Of a stretch of DNA of 64,000 nt, positions 13,161 through 26,250 are shown piece by piece (position 1 is the stretch's first letter; each line of letters opens with the position of its first letter). The DNA comes from Isurus oxyrinchus. Its lineage: Eukaryota. The notes under the pieces are model-generated. The model saw only the letters and a program-made list of their open reading frames with translations. It was not told where the DNA came from and searched no databases. The translations under genes were made by a program, and so were the position numbers. The stretch is from assembly GCA_026770705.1 (NCBI GenBank), contig JANJGN010000042.1, positions 4,464,001 through 4,528,000 on the forward strand. Direction: 5' to 3'.

Positions 13161-14194
13161 TTTAGTAAGTCCACAGTTGGTTCAACACAAAAGGTGGGCT
13201 TGGAATGGCTGAATTGACCTTTCTTCTACAGAATAAAACTGCAAGAGACGAAGGGTTATCAGTTGCATCTGACACTCTTGGAAATGGTTATGATTCAGTT
13301 AGTTTTAGGGTATCTTGTTTGTTTTGCATATATCAGTGACGTCCCCAAACTTTTCATTGTGTGAATATTGTGGCCTTATTGATATAGAAAAAGATAAGGC
13401 CACAATATTAAGGCGTGATACAAAATATAATGAGGTTTAAGTGAAAATACACCATGACAACGTACAACATAATATCATGGATGCAAGGGAAAATGTATTT
13501 AAAATGCAGTAGATCCAACTTGCAGAGGTAATACCTAAGGTTAAGCTATAATGTATTGCCCTGTAAGAGGCAAGAAAGAGGAAGCAATGCCTTAGTTATT
13601 GTAAAAGTACTTGAAGTGATAACGCAATGGTATAAAGTACAACATAGAGTATTAAGAATGTTGAAGCAGACGTTTAAAATAGAATATGATATTTTGAAGA
13701 GATGACAGAAAGGTTAAATGCAACAAAACTTACATCAAATAATGAGAAGGGCACTGGTCCAAACACCAACCCATGTGGAACAGCAATGTTAAATTCCTCC
13801 GGTTTGTAACAAAACATAAAGCAGTTACTTCCTGTTCCATGTTTCCTGAATCTTGAAGTAATGAGGACGCCACTCGGCAACTATCCCTTTCATCCAGCCT
13901 ATTTTAGATTTGCAATAAAGAGAATTTTATCAAATGTCATTTGCGAGGTCATACTAACTGCACCAACTATAGATCAGCCACAAAAACTCTTACGTAGCTT
14001 ACAAACATTTCACATCAGTTAGGTACATTTTATTGCAACTGTACATAAATATAGTTATCAGTATTTTGTACTGCATTCTAAAGTAGCCGTTTTGGTTAGA
14101 GTGCACTATTTTGACTTAATTAGCATAAGCATGAAGATGTTTGCGTTAATTTGTTTGTTCATATGACTGTTATTAACAGTTTTGATTTTGCACG

Positions 14195-14231
14195 CTAATT
14201 GCCCCTCTAGCGTTGAGCATTAGATATAAAT
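14195..14231 (+). promoter_or_regulatory. Putative proximal promoter of copy B
   Basis: CTAATTGCCCCTCTAG (14195-14210) is identical to 42777-42792 upstream of copy E. TATAAAT is at 14225-14231. Confidence 0.6.
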
Positions 14232-14292
14232 GGATGTGCCAAGAGGCTGAAATCAGAGGGAAGAGGACACTAGCATATTGCTCTCACAGAAA

Positions 14293-14362
14293 ATGCATGC
14301 TCCAGGAAATGGACTAGTTTTTGCCATTTATTATTCCACTCTTGCTGCTTTCGGAGATCCAG
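14293..14362 (+). pseudogene. GPCR copy B, first coding exon (MHAPGNGLVFAIYYSTLAAFGDP)
   Basis: ATG at 14293, 70 nt, donor CCAG|GTAAAC at 14362/14363. Same length and phase as exons A, D and E. Confidence 0.9.
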
Positions 14363-16107
14363 GTAAACTTTTGCCTGAAATGAATAACTGGACAATTCAA
14401 TCTTTAACAGTGCCATCTATGAGTTGCTGATTGCTTACCACAGAGGTCAGGCTTTTTCTCTCCGCTGCTGTATCAGCATTGTATTCCATCACTGCAATAA
14501 CATTACTCTCTACTACGTGCCTTCTATGCTCCCTTGTTGCAAGATTAATTGAATTCCGCGTGTAAAATCAGGAACCCAGATAGAATATAATTTTTCTGTG
14601 GATTATTGTGAGGAAATTGTGCTCTCCAACATGCTGTAGCATGTCCAAGACGCATTAAAGTACATTCAGGTCTAAGGCCAGCTCTGGAATTGCATAATTT
14701 TATACACCCCTCACAGTTCCATGGATATTCTCCTTGCTTTGACGTTCTTCCAACTCAAGCTTTCCTTAAATGTGAACGGTACAGATAGTTGTAGATGAAA
14801 GAAATGCACAAGAAATATTTAAAAACATGGTATTAATATTTTTGGCAATGCAATGCAATGCACTATGTGTACAAGGGGTTTAAACTAGGTTAGAAATACT
14901 GCAGCAGGTTGAAATGATTATTTTCTTTCTGTTGTTGTTTCCATCCTGACAGAAGCTGCTTGTAACTCGTTGAGCATTTTCCGCCAATTTTGTTTGCACT
15001 CCTCAGATTTGTAGTTGCTAATATTGCATGGAGTGCTGTTATAATACCATATAGTCGATGATCTGCTCTGACGACCATGAATTGTCCCTGATATCCTCGA
15101 TTAACTTTAACTGCTTCAGCCAATCTACCAAAAAGTGTATGTTATTTTCCAGTGTTTATACGATCTCTCAGAGGCGAAATTCACTCTTCACATAATCAGT
15201 CACTTTGCTTCCCTGAAAAATATTGTCAAATCATGCTGCAGCATCAAAGGCAGCAAGTTTGAAATCCGCTCAAGATCCCGAATCTGTAATCAAGCCCCGC
15301 ACTCCCGTTGCATTGTTGGTGAATTGCAACATGGACAGGCCTGTCGTTCTGAGGAAAAGTTGAATGGGTGTCGTTCTGCTTCTTCGATTACAGGAAACTC
15401 GTGACACTGTTAGAAGATCAGATGTTTCTGTCTGTGAGCAATAAAGAGCAATCTACGGGCAAGATATATCGAATTTAGTGCAGAGGAATCTCTAATCTCC
15501 CTCCCTACTATAGCAGGATCTCACTGAAAGCAGCTTCCATTAATGTACATTAGTGTACTGCAAAATAACTGCCGATCCTCCTTGACTTACTTCCACAGGA
15601 GTAGAGGCCGCATTCAACCAACATTATTGGTGCAAGGCTTTCTTTTCCTCAACCTTGAACCTTAATGATATTTATTAAAACCTTCTGATTAACCATATAT
15701 TATTTCTATCATTTGCTTCATTCCACTTTTATTCGTGTTCTTCTGCAGTTCTTATTGTGATCATTTACTATGATTTATTATGAATCAACGCGTTGTATTT
15801 TATTACAATTACTTTTATGTTAACGTTGCTATTTCGTCCATTAGTGCCTTTATAAATTATGTTCCTTCTACTTTCTAATATATAAGGTTTGCATGAATCT
15901 AAAAGAAAGAAAAGTTACATTTTCTTTTATGCTTGACATTCCAGTTTTATTTGAAACAGTCATTTGCTTTGTTGAACAAAGTGCAATGCATTGATTAAAC
16001 ATTCAGTTTCAGCGTTGATTAGTGCAAATATCATATTATCCTGCCGTCAAAGTAATGTTGTAGCTGCGATTCGGATTACGACTTCCGTCCTTCTCTTTGT
16101 TTAACAG

Positions 16108-16985
16108 CTAACCTAGAGACGATTGTGATCCTACCCCGAGGAAGGTGAGGTCTGTCCAGATGTATCACTTACTACTTGGTATCCATGGCGGTGATGGATC
16201 TCCTTGTCATTATTACTGCTGTGATGTTAAGCCGGCTTCGCACTATCTTTTCCAACTTAGTTTCCTCTCCATTACCCCTGCCTGCTGCTTAGTTATTGTC
16301 CTCAGCTGCACTTCCGGAGACAGTTCTGTCTGGTTAACAGTCGCGTTCACCTTCGATCACTTCTAGGCATTTTTCTCCCAGCAGCTGAAATTGAATTACT
16401 GCACTGGTTAGTGGAATGGTCTGTCTGCTGTTCTGCTAGAAAAACTCCCCTTTTTATTTCATATATGAACCTATGTATATCAATAACTTACCATGACAGT
16501 GCAGAATTAAAGGAATCATTCATAATTCCGTCGCATGGAGGCTGCCTGCCTGTCTGGACCGTATTCAAACTCCATGTCTCCCTTTCATCCTGATTTTTCT
16601 GCTCAATATACTGACAGCCAGAGATATTCTATCAGCCAGTCGAGCCCGGGGGAGACTCCGAGCCCAAAACAATAGACAGAATCAAAGCGACCCAGAGATG
16701 GAGATCTGCAGAAAGTCCATCAGTTTACTTTACACCATCTCTGGTAGTTTCCTTCTGCTTTGGTTGACATATGTTGTAAATTTCCTACTTCTGCAAATTA
16801 CAGTCAACAACTATTCAGTAGGTTCTAATTCCAATGACCCGAAATTTATTCTGAAGGAAAGCGGGTACATCCTTCAACTCTTGAGTTCCTGCACCAATGC
16901 ATGTATTTATGCAGGGACCCAGAGTAAATTCAGAGGAGAGTTGAAGGATGCAGTTAAATATGCTATAAATCTAATTAAGAAATAA
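16108..16985 (+). pseudogene. GPR139/GPR142-like GPCR copy B, exon 2, multiply disrupted
   Basis: Acceptor tttgtttaacag|CT at 16107/16108. Reads ANLETIVILPRGR*GLSRC (TGA 16146-16148), then a frameshift near 16245-16260 and DHF* (TAG 16364-16366), with a deletion near 16407. The tail DPEMEICRKSISLLYTISGSF...NACIY...SKFRGEL is intact to TAA at 16985. Confidence 0.93.
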
Positions 16986-18189
16986 CCGAAAAAGTGAATG
17001 TAGCTGTATGAATTATTGCAGTAATTTTGCCTCTGTTTCTAATTACAATAAAGAAGAAGATAAAGATTAGTCAGCATTCGGCCAATGTGTACACTGCCAG
17101 TTCAATTCTATTTTCCGTCTTAATATTCATGAATTTATTTGTGCCTGACCAGCGTGTATTTTGATCTTTTGGTATGCTACTGGGATCACTACAAATATAT
17201 CCAATACCACGGTAGGGAATTCTGAATTTGAATACAATTAAATTCTGCTTATAATTCAGCTGCCATGGAACATATCCCTGCAGTGTCACCGCGGTTCTGC
17301 ATGAATCTGCCTAATTTCATCCTGTCATTCAGGCAATCGGATTTTCCAACTGTCCCGAGCCAAGTCTACTTATCAATCCAATCCCGCACCTTTGTATTAA
17401 TTCTGAATTCCCTCAGGCAATCTGAGTGGGGCCAATGAGCACTTTGACATTTTCGCCCAGGGCTATTTTTGGCACTGCTGATTGGCAGGCCGCACCAGGA
17501 AGAGTCTGGAGTTATTTTTTATTGGTTTTCTTTGAGTGCATGTTTGATATCTTCTATGAAGACTAAACGCTGTGTTCATCCACTTTTGATCTAATGGTGA
17601 TAAACTGCCTTCCCGATGAAAAATAGAATAGTGTTTCTCATAGTCACATAATTGTTTTGATTTGATGCATTCACTTTCGGATTGCAAGACTGAAAGGATG
17701 ACTTTTTATAAACTATTGCCGGGAAAGTTATATAATCAAATTTCCTCATAGTAGTGATGGTCATATGTAGTTTTGACAAATCTTTCAGGACTCCAGGAAC
17801 ATTAATGTAACTAATCACTATGTTTCATCGTAGTCTTTCTTCTGCTACCAATATACTTTCTAGCTAGCCGCACCTTATCTTTTGTGTTTAGGAGTACCAT
17901 TGTTTTACGACAGTGACATACGGACTAAATTGCTATGCAATGGAATTCTCAAACTTTGCTTAGTTCCTTTAGCGGTTTCCTTTATATTTCTCTTTCAAAG
18001 CGTTTCTCTCTCCATCTGAAGCTCTCTCTCGCTCTCTGTCTCTCTCTCCCTCTCGCTTTCTCAATTGCCCCTTTTTTCAACGTTAATTCTGCATTTTTCA
18101 ACTCTCTGATCACTTCAAGTTGACGAAGACTTTATTGCAGCTTCATTTTTTATAAGCATCAACTTTTTTCCAAATTGCTACAGAGTGAT

Positions 18190-19610
18190 TATATTTATAG
18201 GCCATGACTTAACACCATTGGAGGTGAAGCAGTTCAGAGTATGGGCAGTAATGGAATAAGTCATTACACAGGGTAAAAGGAAGAACATACTCCTGGATGC
18301 TCTAATTTTGAGAAGGGCAGGCCAAAAGGTAATAAAGACGTCTGGCAGAGCAGAAAATAAAGGATGAATCACCACATTAGTGACAGAGGATCTTAGGTCA
18401 GACGAAAAAGATGTCCTTTCAGTTTGGGTGGTTATAATAGACAGCAAGGACCAAAACATTTCGTAGGTGTTGTTTATAGGCAACCAAATAGTTTTATGGC
18501 AAAGTGAAAATCAGGAAATAAGAGGGAGATTTAAATCTATATATCGACTGGGTTATCCCAATGAGCATTACTGCTTCGGGTGATTTACTGTAGTGAGTAC
18601 GAGGTGGTTCACTTGAGCAGGATGTTGAGGAAGCACCAAGGAAAAGGTAATTTTAGGTGCAGCTTTGTGCAATGAGAGGGTGATAATTAATAACTTTGTT
18701 GTAAAAGAGCCATTAGGGAAGAGTGACCATTGAATGAAGTTTGTTCAATTAAGTTTGAAAACAATAAAGTTCAGTCTAAAACTAGAATCATATTCTAATC
18801 AAAGGAGACAATGATGATATTGGGGACACTTTTCCTGTGATTGATTAGGAAAGCACATTTGAATTTAAATGACAGTAGGCATGCAATGTCTAGCATTTAA
18901 ATAACTAATACATACTTTACAAGAAAAACAATCCCCAACGGCGGAAAATCCTAAGGCAAACTTTGAATAACCAGCGGCTATCAGTGGAGGTTAAAAATTG
19001 TATGGCAGGAAAGAAAGAGATATACATCTACCAAACAAAAAGCAGCAAGCCCGAGGGTTGGAAGCATTTTAGAATTCATCAACGGCAGACCAAGAAACTC
19101 GTCAAGGAAGGGAGAATAGAAGGCGAATGCAAACTAACGAGAAACATAAAAACAGACTAACAGTTTCTATAGGTCTGATAAAATTAAAAGTTTATCAAGT
19201 GGTTCAATGGGGCTGAGTAAGGGAAATGTATGATGAAACACATGGAAATGGCAGCGGAGATAAATAATTACATTGTCATTGTCGTCACAGCTGAAATTAC
19301 CAGAAGTCCCTCAGGAGTAATATAGGGCCAACGGGCCAGTTAGAATCAGGAACTGAAGGAAATTACTATCTGTGAAAGAAAAGTATTTGTTTAAATAGTG
19401 GGATAGAATGTCTACAAATCCCAGGGCCCTAATGATCTACATCCCAGGGTGTTAAAAGAAGCAGCTACAGAGATAGTGGATGCATTGGTGTTGACCTTTG
19501 CACTTCTATACATTTTCAAACAGTATTTGCGTAGAAGAAGTTTCTCAGTGTGACCGCACTATTGAAAGAAGGAAGGAGAGTGAAAACGTGGGACTTCAGA
19601 CCTGGAATCA
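18190..19610 (+). mobile_element. CR1-type LINE ORF2, endonuclease/linker region, degenerate
   Basis: Remnants of CR1 motifs: gtaggtgttgtttataggc (VGVVYR), ttagggaagagtgaccat (LGKSDH) and aaatcccagggccctaatgatctacatcccagggtgttaaaagaa (KSQGPNDLHPRVLKE). Confidence 0.8.
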
Positions 19611-19989
19611 ATTAAAAAGCATGCGATATTCAAAAATACTGCCACGAACCCTCTTCGGGGAACTCATTTCCAATTTATGACTCTCTGAGAGAATAGTCTC
19701 CTCAACCTTCTCTTAAAAGAGAGACCCATTAATTGTAATCGGTTTTCCCTATCTCTACGCTGTAAACCGGGGGGTGGGGGTGGGGGTGGGGGGGGGTGGA
19801 CGTGCTGGGGAAGGTGGACCTTCTTCCAGCATTCAGCCTGTGAAACCCGATGAGCATCATATGTCTTTTAATAAGAACTCCTCTGATTAGTTTGTTTCCA
19901 ATGGATACAGTCCCAAACTGTTCAAACTGTCCTCTTAAAATAGCAATGCCCTACCCCCACACACCAACACGCCCTCAGCCAAGGTATAA

Positions 19990-21135
19990 ATAACTTTACA
20001 AAACACCCCTGATAGTGGGGGTAATATATTGGCATTGGCTTGAGGATTGTTAAATGGAATGAAAGTAACAGTAGGAATATATATGTAATTCTCAGTCTGG
20101 CAGGTTGTGACTTGTGGTGGAATGCAAGGGTCAGTACTTGGTCCCACTTGCTCACTATATATACCAATGATTTGGATGTGAGGACTGAATGTCAAATTTC
20201 AATGTATGCAGATGGTATAAAATTATTTGGGATTGCGAGTTGTGAGAAGGTTGCAAAGAGGCTTGAAGCATGTTTTGACAGGCCCAAGTGACTTGGGCAA
20301 GGACCAGGAATATTGAATATATTGCCCATACGTGTTGGATTATCCAATTTGGTTGGAGAAACAGATGTCCAGAGCACTTCCTAAATGGTGAGAGGTTTGG
20401 AAGTTGTGATGTCCTAAGGGCCCTGGTTGTCCTTGTCAATAAGTCACTGAAAGCTAACATGCAGGTGCATCAATCAACTAGGAAGGCAAAGGATATGTTG
20501 GCCTTTATCACAAGAGTTTGAGTGCAAGAGTAAATAAGTTTTGCTTCAATTTTGCAAAACCTTGTTTAATCCACAGCTCGAGTACTGTGTACACCTTTTG
20601 TCTCCTTACATGTGGAGGAATGCGCTTGCCATAGACAGAGAACAGCAGAGGTTTATCAGCTTTATTTATGAGATGGCGGGACTGGTTTATGAAGAGATAT
20701 CGAGGAGACTGTGTCTCTCTTTTGATAAAAATAGGAGAAGGACAGTTGATGTCATTGAAACCTAGAGATTTCTCAAGGTGCTAAAAAAGGAACGTTGAAC
20801 GTGGAAATGAAGTTTACCTTGGTGGCGGGATCAAGAACCAGTGAACCCGGTCCCAGAGTAAGGGACCAGTCATTTAGGGTTCCGATAAGGAACACATTCT
20901 TCATTCAGAGGAGTTGGAATCTTAAGAATTCGCTGCCCAAAACGGCCGTGGAAGCTCAGTCACAATAATGTTCAAAACAGATATCGATAGATTTATGGAC
21001 ATTGATGACATCATGGGTTTCATTGAATAGAGATCGAAATTGACTTTGAGGCAGATGGTCAACCAAGACCTAGTTTCAGAGCAGAGCAGGCTCGCGGTGG
21101 TTGAATGGCCTACAGCTGATCCTCTGTTCCTATGT
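19990..21135 (+). mobile_element. CR1-type LINE RT to 3' end, probably continuing 18190-19610 after an inverted fragment at ~19680-19975
   Basis: Fragments TIYTNDLDV...ISMYADGIKL and PQLEYCVHLLSPY; tail ctctgttcctatgttcct at ~21122-21139. Confidence 0.85.
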
Positions 21136-22109
21136 TCCTCAGCTAGATTTGCAATGTAACATACTCTGTATACAGGTGGTATAATATATGTACTGTGATT
21201 CTTTAATACCTGTTCAGGAACTGTGTAGGATCCTATTAGGGACAGTTTAGGTTTCAAGTGAAATTCAAAAACCCCGTGATTAGTCTAAAGAACTATTCCA
21301 AAAAAATCCATGTTTAAAAACAAGAAAACACACTTTGTTCAATGCAAAAAGTAACAAATTAAGTCCTACTGACTTAATACTCTATAAAGAATTTTGCTTA
21401 AACACAGGATTAATTGTTATTTCCCAACAAGAGCTTTTTTTAGCTGACAAAATCGTCAACGTCATTCATGTATGTGAGGACTTACTCAAGTTAAGCCACA
21501 GACAGCCGGAATTCACTTTAGCAGTCCTCAGCTTTTCAGAAATGCTCTGAGGTATGAAAATTCTTGTGGATTCTTCCCAGAGATTTTGGCTAAGCAATGT
21601 TCCAATTTTATTTAAATACTTCATTATTGTAGTCTCCGCAGTTTCAGCATGTTTGGAAGCACACCAATATCGTGGGTATAAGTTCAGTAAATGTATTATA
21701 ATCGGTATTTTGAGAAGAAGCACAGAGTATTCATTAATGTGCATACATATAGGGGATCCCAGATCAGCCATACCGTAAGCCTGTTGAATATAACTCTCAG
21801 CTTCTTGTGCCATAGATTCAGTATTACGATTAAATGGTCTTGTAAGCACCATTGATTCAGTAATGCGGTTGTACAATCAACATTTCTCTTACAGGGCAAT
21901 ATTGTGGGTGCAAGGTCCATGCATGTTTTGAAGAGACAGTTGTTAGGATCTGTGGATTGAAGGAGAAATAATGAGGCTCTGTAAGTTTGCTAAAAGTGGT
22001 TTCGGAAGAGAGTGAAAAACGAATATTCCATTCAGCCTATCGTCGCTGTTGTGCTATTCATTGTGATAATGAACGACCTGTATCCTCATTCCATCTTTTC
22101 TGTTGTCCC

Positions 22110-22282
22110 TGCACTGTCCCTGGTGCAAAATTCTGGAACACCCCCTCCAACAGCACTGTGGGTTTACCTGCACTACGGGACTGCAACGGTTCGGGAAGGC
22201 AGCTTTACCATCGCCTCCAAAGGGCAATTAGGGATAGGCAATCAATGCTGGCCTAGTCAGCGTTTCCCATATTCCATAAAAT
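22110..22282 (+). mobile_element. LINE 3' end carrying the tail shared with the SINE
   Basis: Contains aagggcaattagggataggcaatcaatgctggcctagtcagcg; homologous to 36580-36750. Confidence 0.8.
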
Positions 22283-22749
22283 ATATATTTTTTAAAAAAT
22301 CCACTTGCCTTAACATGATATATTTCTCCCCCTCTCCCTCTCTCCAAAACTCTGTCCATCTCACGTTAAAAAAAGAGATAAAACGTTTTAATTTTTGCAT
22401 TGTTGATCCTTTTGCACTCTTGCCCGCTCTTTGCATGAATAATTATTTCGCTCCTTCTTTTATCAATCCTCCCGCTGTAACTTTAAGTATTTCTTGCCGC
22501 ATGTCCAAAGCTCTTCCATCAAAGGAACATGAGCTCTTGAGCAATCCCTGAGCACATACTAAACTCTTCCTAATTATAATTCCAAAGAGTCCCGAACAGC
22601 AGATTCCATATTAAGAAAATAGTATTATTGTATTGTACATTCTTTCGGCAACCAAAGAATTGCATAGGTGCAACACATCTGAGAAATATTAAGCAGAGGT
22701 GCAAAATCTATTAATTTCTAATTGCAGTTTTTCTCTAGCTGTATTTTCT

Positions 22750-23055
22750 AGAATGAGGGGATAGAGTGACAGAATAAGGGACATTTAGGACTGAGATGAA
22801 GAGGAATATTTTCACTTGGTTGGTATTAAATCTTCGGAGTTCTCTACCCCAGAGGGATGTGGAGGCTCATTCCTCGAGTATGCTCAAACCTGTCATTGAT
22901 AAATGTCTACATTTTACAAACATTAAGGGGTACGGGGATAGTGCAAGGAAATAGTGCTGAGGTATAAGGTCAGTCACGATCTCATTGATTGATGGAGTGG
23001 AGCCGGAGGGCTGAATGGTCCACTCCAGTTTCTAGTATTTACATTCTTATATTGT
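22750..23055 (+). mobile_element. CR1-type LINE 3' fragment
   Basis: tttaggactgagatgaagaggaat...gggctgaatggtccactccagtttctag is a typical CR1 3' end. Confidence 0.8.
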
Positions 23056-23760
23056 TATGGTAGCATTTGGGGATTTTTATTGTTGTAATTTCTATCACAT
23101 TCAGCAGATCCTGTCAAGCTTAGTTAGCTTTATAACTAAAACGACAAAGTACTAACAGGCAGTTAAATTTAAGACAAAGAGCGTGGACAGGACGAGGAAT
23201 TAAATGAAGTAGACTGAGTAAATCAATGTAAAAGTGAAGACGATGGAAGAAGGAATGTGATTAACTGATATAGGAAGAGTGGAGATGGTGGAATAATCGA
23301 AAAATGCAGGGGCAGATAAGTGGATTAAATTGAAGAAGAGGGGATTCTTTAATGGTTAAGTGGAGGATGCAGACGGGAGTTAATTGGATAAAACGAAATT
23401 CCAGAGGTGAGGCAAGATGGAAAATAAAAAGGTAGAGTGGAGAGAAGAGCGCAAATGAAAGGAATCGAGTGGAGAGAGCAGGCTATACAGAAATATACAG
23501 AACTGAAACAGTGGACTAAATAACAGAATTTCAGATCATTGCATATTGTTTTCTGCAATCCCCACGATATGAAGTGGGATAGAAATAATTTCCCCAATGG
23601 AATGATAAGGGTGTTCCTTTCATGATTCGAAATTGGCAGTGTCACAATTTGTAAGGAGGGATGGCAAAATTACAAGAGAATATAGAAACACCAAAACGCA
23701 GCAAATCCGGGAGTTGTAGGACAACTGACAGTTCGAGATGTCCGGATATTATGTGTGCAT

Positions 23761-23812
23761 GGGTGGGGGGGGGGGGGGGGGGTGGGGGGGGGGGGGTGGG
23801 GTGGGTGGAGGT
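23761..23812 (+). repeat. G-rich low-complexity tract (potential G-quadruplex) inside degenerate CR1 sequence
   Basis: Nearly pure G run punctuated by T; it produces the poly-Gly and poly-Pro ORFs 23661 and 23670. Confidence 0.8.
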
Positions 23813-24670
23813 GGCTATAATTGATGATGGTGAATTTCTTTATGTGAACAGACGACTTGGATCTGTGTTTTACAAGGAAAATCAGATACAACTTGAATCT
23901 AAAGCTTTGTGGATTGATACAAACTTCAAAAATTGGGTAATGTTCAGGATATAACAGTGGGGGAAGTCGAGTCACGTCACAAGAGCATGTCGTGTAGAAT
24001 GTATTGTAAGTATAATGTCAGAACGGTTATCCGCTTACCAGCCAAAAGCTGCCGTTAACCCTGCCTATCAACTGATGGCCACACCACAGGCACTGCAATC
24101 CTCGCCTGTGAAGTATGGAGAGAAGCAGACCAGGTAATAATTAGTCGGCAACAAACGCACGAGGGATTGGCAATGGATGTTCGGCTTTCAGTTGGAAAAT
24201 AAGCAAAAGAGTGTGTATTTTTCCACGAGGCGGAATATAAGAAGTCACTTGGGAGCACCGAACTTGAGTGTTGTTGAGAAAAGAGGCGCGCTGTTGAAAC
24301 TTGATGTTTTTTAATCATCAGGACAAACGCAAGAATGTCAAATTTCAAAGGAAGCATTAATGTTTACTGCATGAGCTAAGGGGTGTGGCATGCAGTTGTG
24401 ATTTTGCATACGTTGTCATGGTTGCCAAGCAACACGGCAGAATCAAGCAGCGCATTTTCCTGAGAATCTTCCGCATTGTGCAAAACCAAAAACTGTGAAT
24501 GCTGAAAATCTGAAACAAAAAGGTAGAAGTGCCTGGCAGGTCTGGCAGCGCATGCGGAGAGCGAAAAACAGATCTACAGCTTCAGGTCTCAGGGACATTT
24601 AGCAATGGACAATAAGTGCTGCCCCTATCAGCAAAGCCCGCATTCCATGACCTAAATTTGAAAATGAAAA

Positions 24671-25500
24671 TCATTTAACAATCCAGCACATGCCTTAGTT
24701 CTTTTGCGCAACTTCCTCTGACTCCATCCAGAATTACATATGTTGTTGCAGCGGCTCAGGAGCAGCAACATGTCCCCGCTTCCTTTAGCACTAAACTTGG
24801 GGTAATTTAATTATAACATGTGAGATATGAACTACTGCAGTTAGCTCATCTACAACGCTTACAATCATACTGCCCACAGCAGCTGCCTGAAGGGTAAAAT
24901 GACTGAATTTATCTGGTTCTCCGTCTCTGGCTCCCTCTCATTCTTCCCATTGCTTTTGGTGCTACAGAGTCCAGCAGGTTTCACCATCAGCGAATTGAAT
25001 GCATGGAAGATTAAACATTTGAGATAAATAATGAAAGAAATGGAATTAAGTGGCTAAAACACGATCGACCTAGTCGGTTCTTATTCCTGCAAATGAAATA
25101 TAAAATTCTAATTCTATTCTTCCAAATGAGTAACGTTGTTACTGACCTCCAGGATTCCTGTACAATTTATCTCTGATTTTTGTTTTCATCTTCTTAATGG
25201 ATGCAACGAACCTAGGGGCATTTCTCCGAGAGGAATATTGCAACTTCATATTCGGGCAACAAACACAAATGTATCCACCGAAGGTGAAAGTGACTGATAA
25301 CCAGACAGAACAATCCTCAGGTTGTATATTGAGTGTCGTGCTGACGTCATCGGCTTGTCTGGTGAACGCTAAACTAACCCACGCATAAATACCAGTCATT
25401 GAATACAAGCAGCAGCGATAACATCATTTGTTTTGTCGTTGCCATGAATGCGGAGTGATGCAACTGGAAAGAACACCGCCCCCTCGAGAGAGGACCGCAA
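24671..25500 (-). pseudogene. GPR139/GPR142-like GPCR copy C, heavily degraded exon 2
   Basis: Colinear minus-strand remnants: AVLSRGGGVLSSCIT, DCSVWLSVTFTFGGYICVCCPNMKLQY, NEREPETENQINSVILPF (cf. NQSDPEMENRRKSIVLLF) and PKFSAKGSGDMLLLLSRCNN...QRKLR (cf. PKFILQESGNVLQLLSCCTN...QSKFR). Confidence 0.85.
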
Positions 25501-26029
25501 AGGAGAATAATCATCATTTTTTGCGGACCAGAAAATAGCAGGATAACTGCTGCTCAGACCGAGAACAATAGCATCAGATTAGAAGTACTCACCTCGATGT
25601 TTGGAGATTTCTTATATAAATATGTAAAGTTATGCTGTCATTCCTGGAGTAATTTGTGATTATTAACTGGATTTATCTTCTTCAGTTGAAGTTATTATTC
25701 CTATATTTCGAACGTCAATTGCATAAATAGAATGTTTGATTTGAAAGGAGTCAAATCTATGCTGAAGTTGCAAAGCGGCACCAAATTACTGCAAAATGCA
25801 ATGGGACGAATTTCCAACTGAAGGATTTTCAGTTATTTGGCCGGGACGGTGAAAGAAATCTTCTCTCCCATAGAAATAAACCTTGAACATTCTGTATATG
25901 GTGAATTTCCCTTTCTTTCTTGCTGAACCGATCACGGTCACCAATATACATTGCATCCTGGTTCCTCCCTTCCGACGAATCCCATCCTAATTTCCAACAC
26001 TGCTCCCATTCAAATACATCTCAATTCCT

Positions 26030-26250
26030 GGAATATGAAATAAAAAGTGGAATTGCTGTTAAAAAAAACTCAACAAGTCTGTCAGCATCAGTGGAGAGAG
26101 AAACATAGCTAATGGATCGTGTCCAATATGACATTTCTTTGGTTCCGAAGAAGCGTCATATTACTACCGAAACATTAACTCGGTTTCTCTTCCAAGTATA
26201 TTGCTTCATCTGCTGAGTTAACATTAAAGCACGTTATGCTTTTAATTCGC
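26030..26250. repeat. Imperfect inverted repeat made of Penelope-type terminal sequence
   Basis: The left arm ctcaacaagtctgtcagcatcagtggagagagaaaca pairs with the right arm ggtttctcttccaag...catctgctgag. The same terminal motif occurs at 24490-24590, 39265-39335 and 48710-48790. Confidence 0.65.

Noticed and set aside
22012-22551. 179-aa hydrophobic ORF
   Set aside because: It crosses a LINE 3' tail and T-rich sequence and has no recognisable domain or splice structure.
23661-23975. Poly-Gly and poly-Pro ORFs
   Set aside because: Artefacts of a G homopolymer tract within degenerate CR1 sequence.
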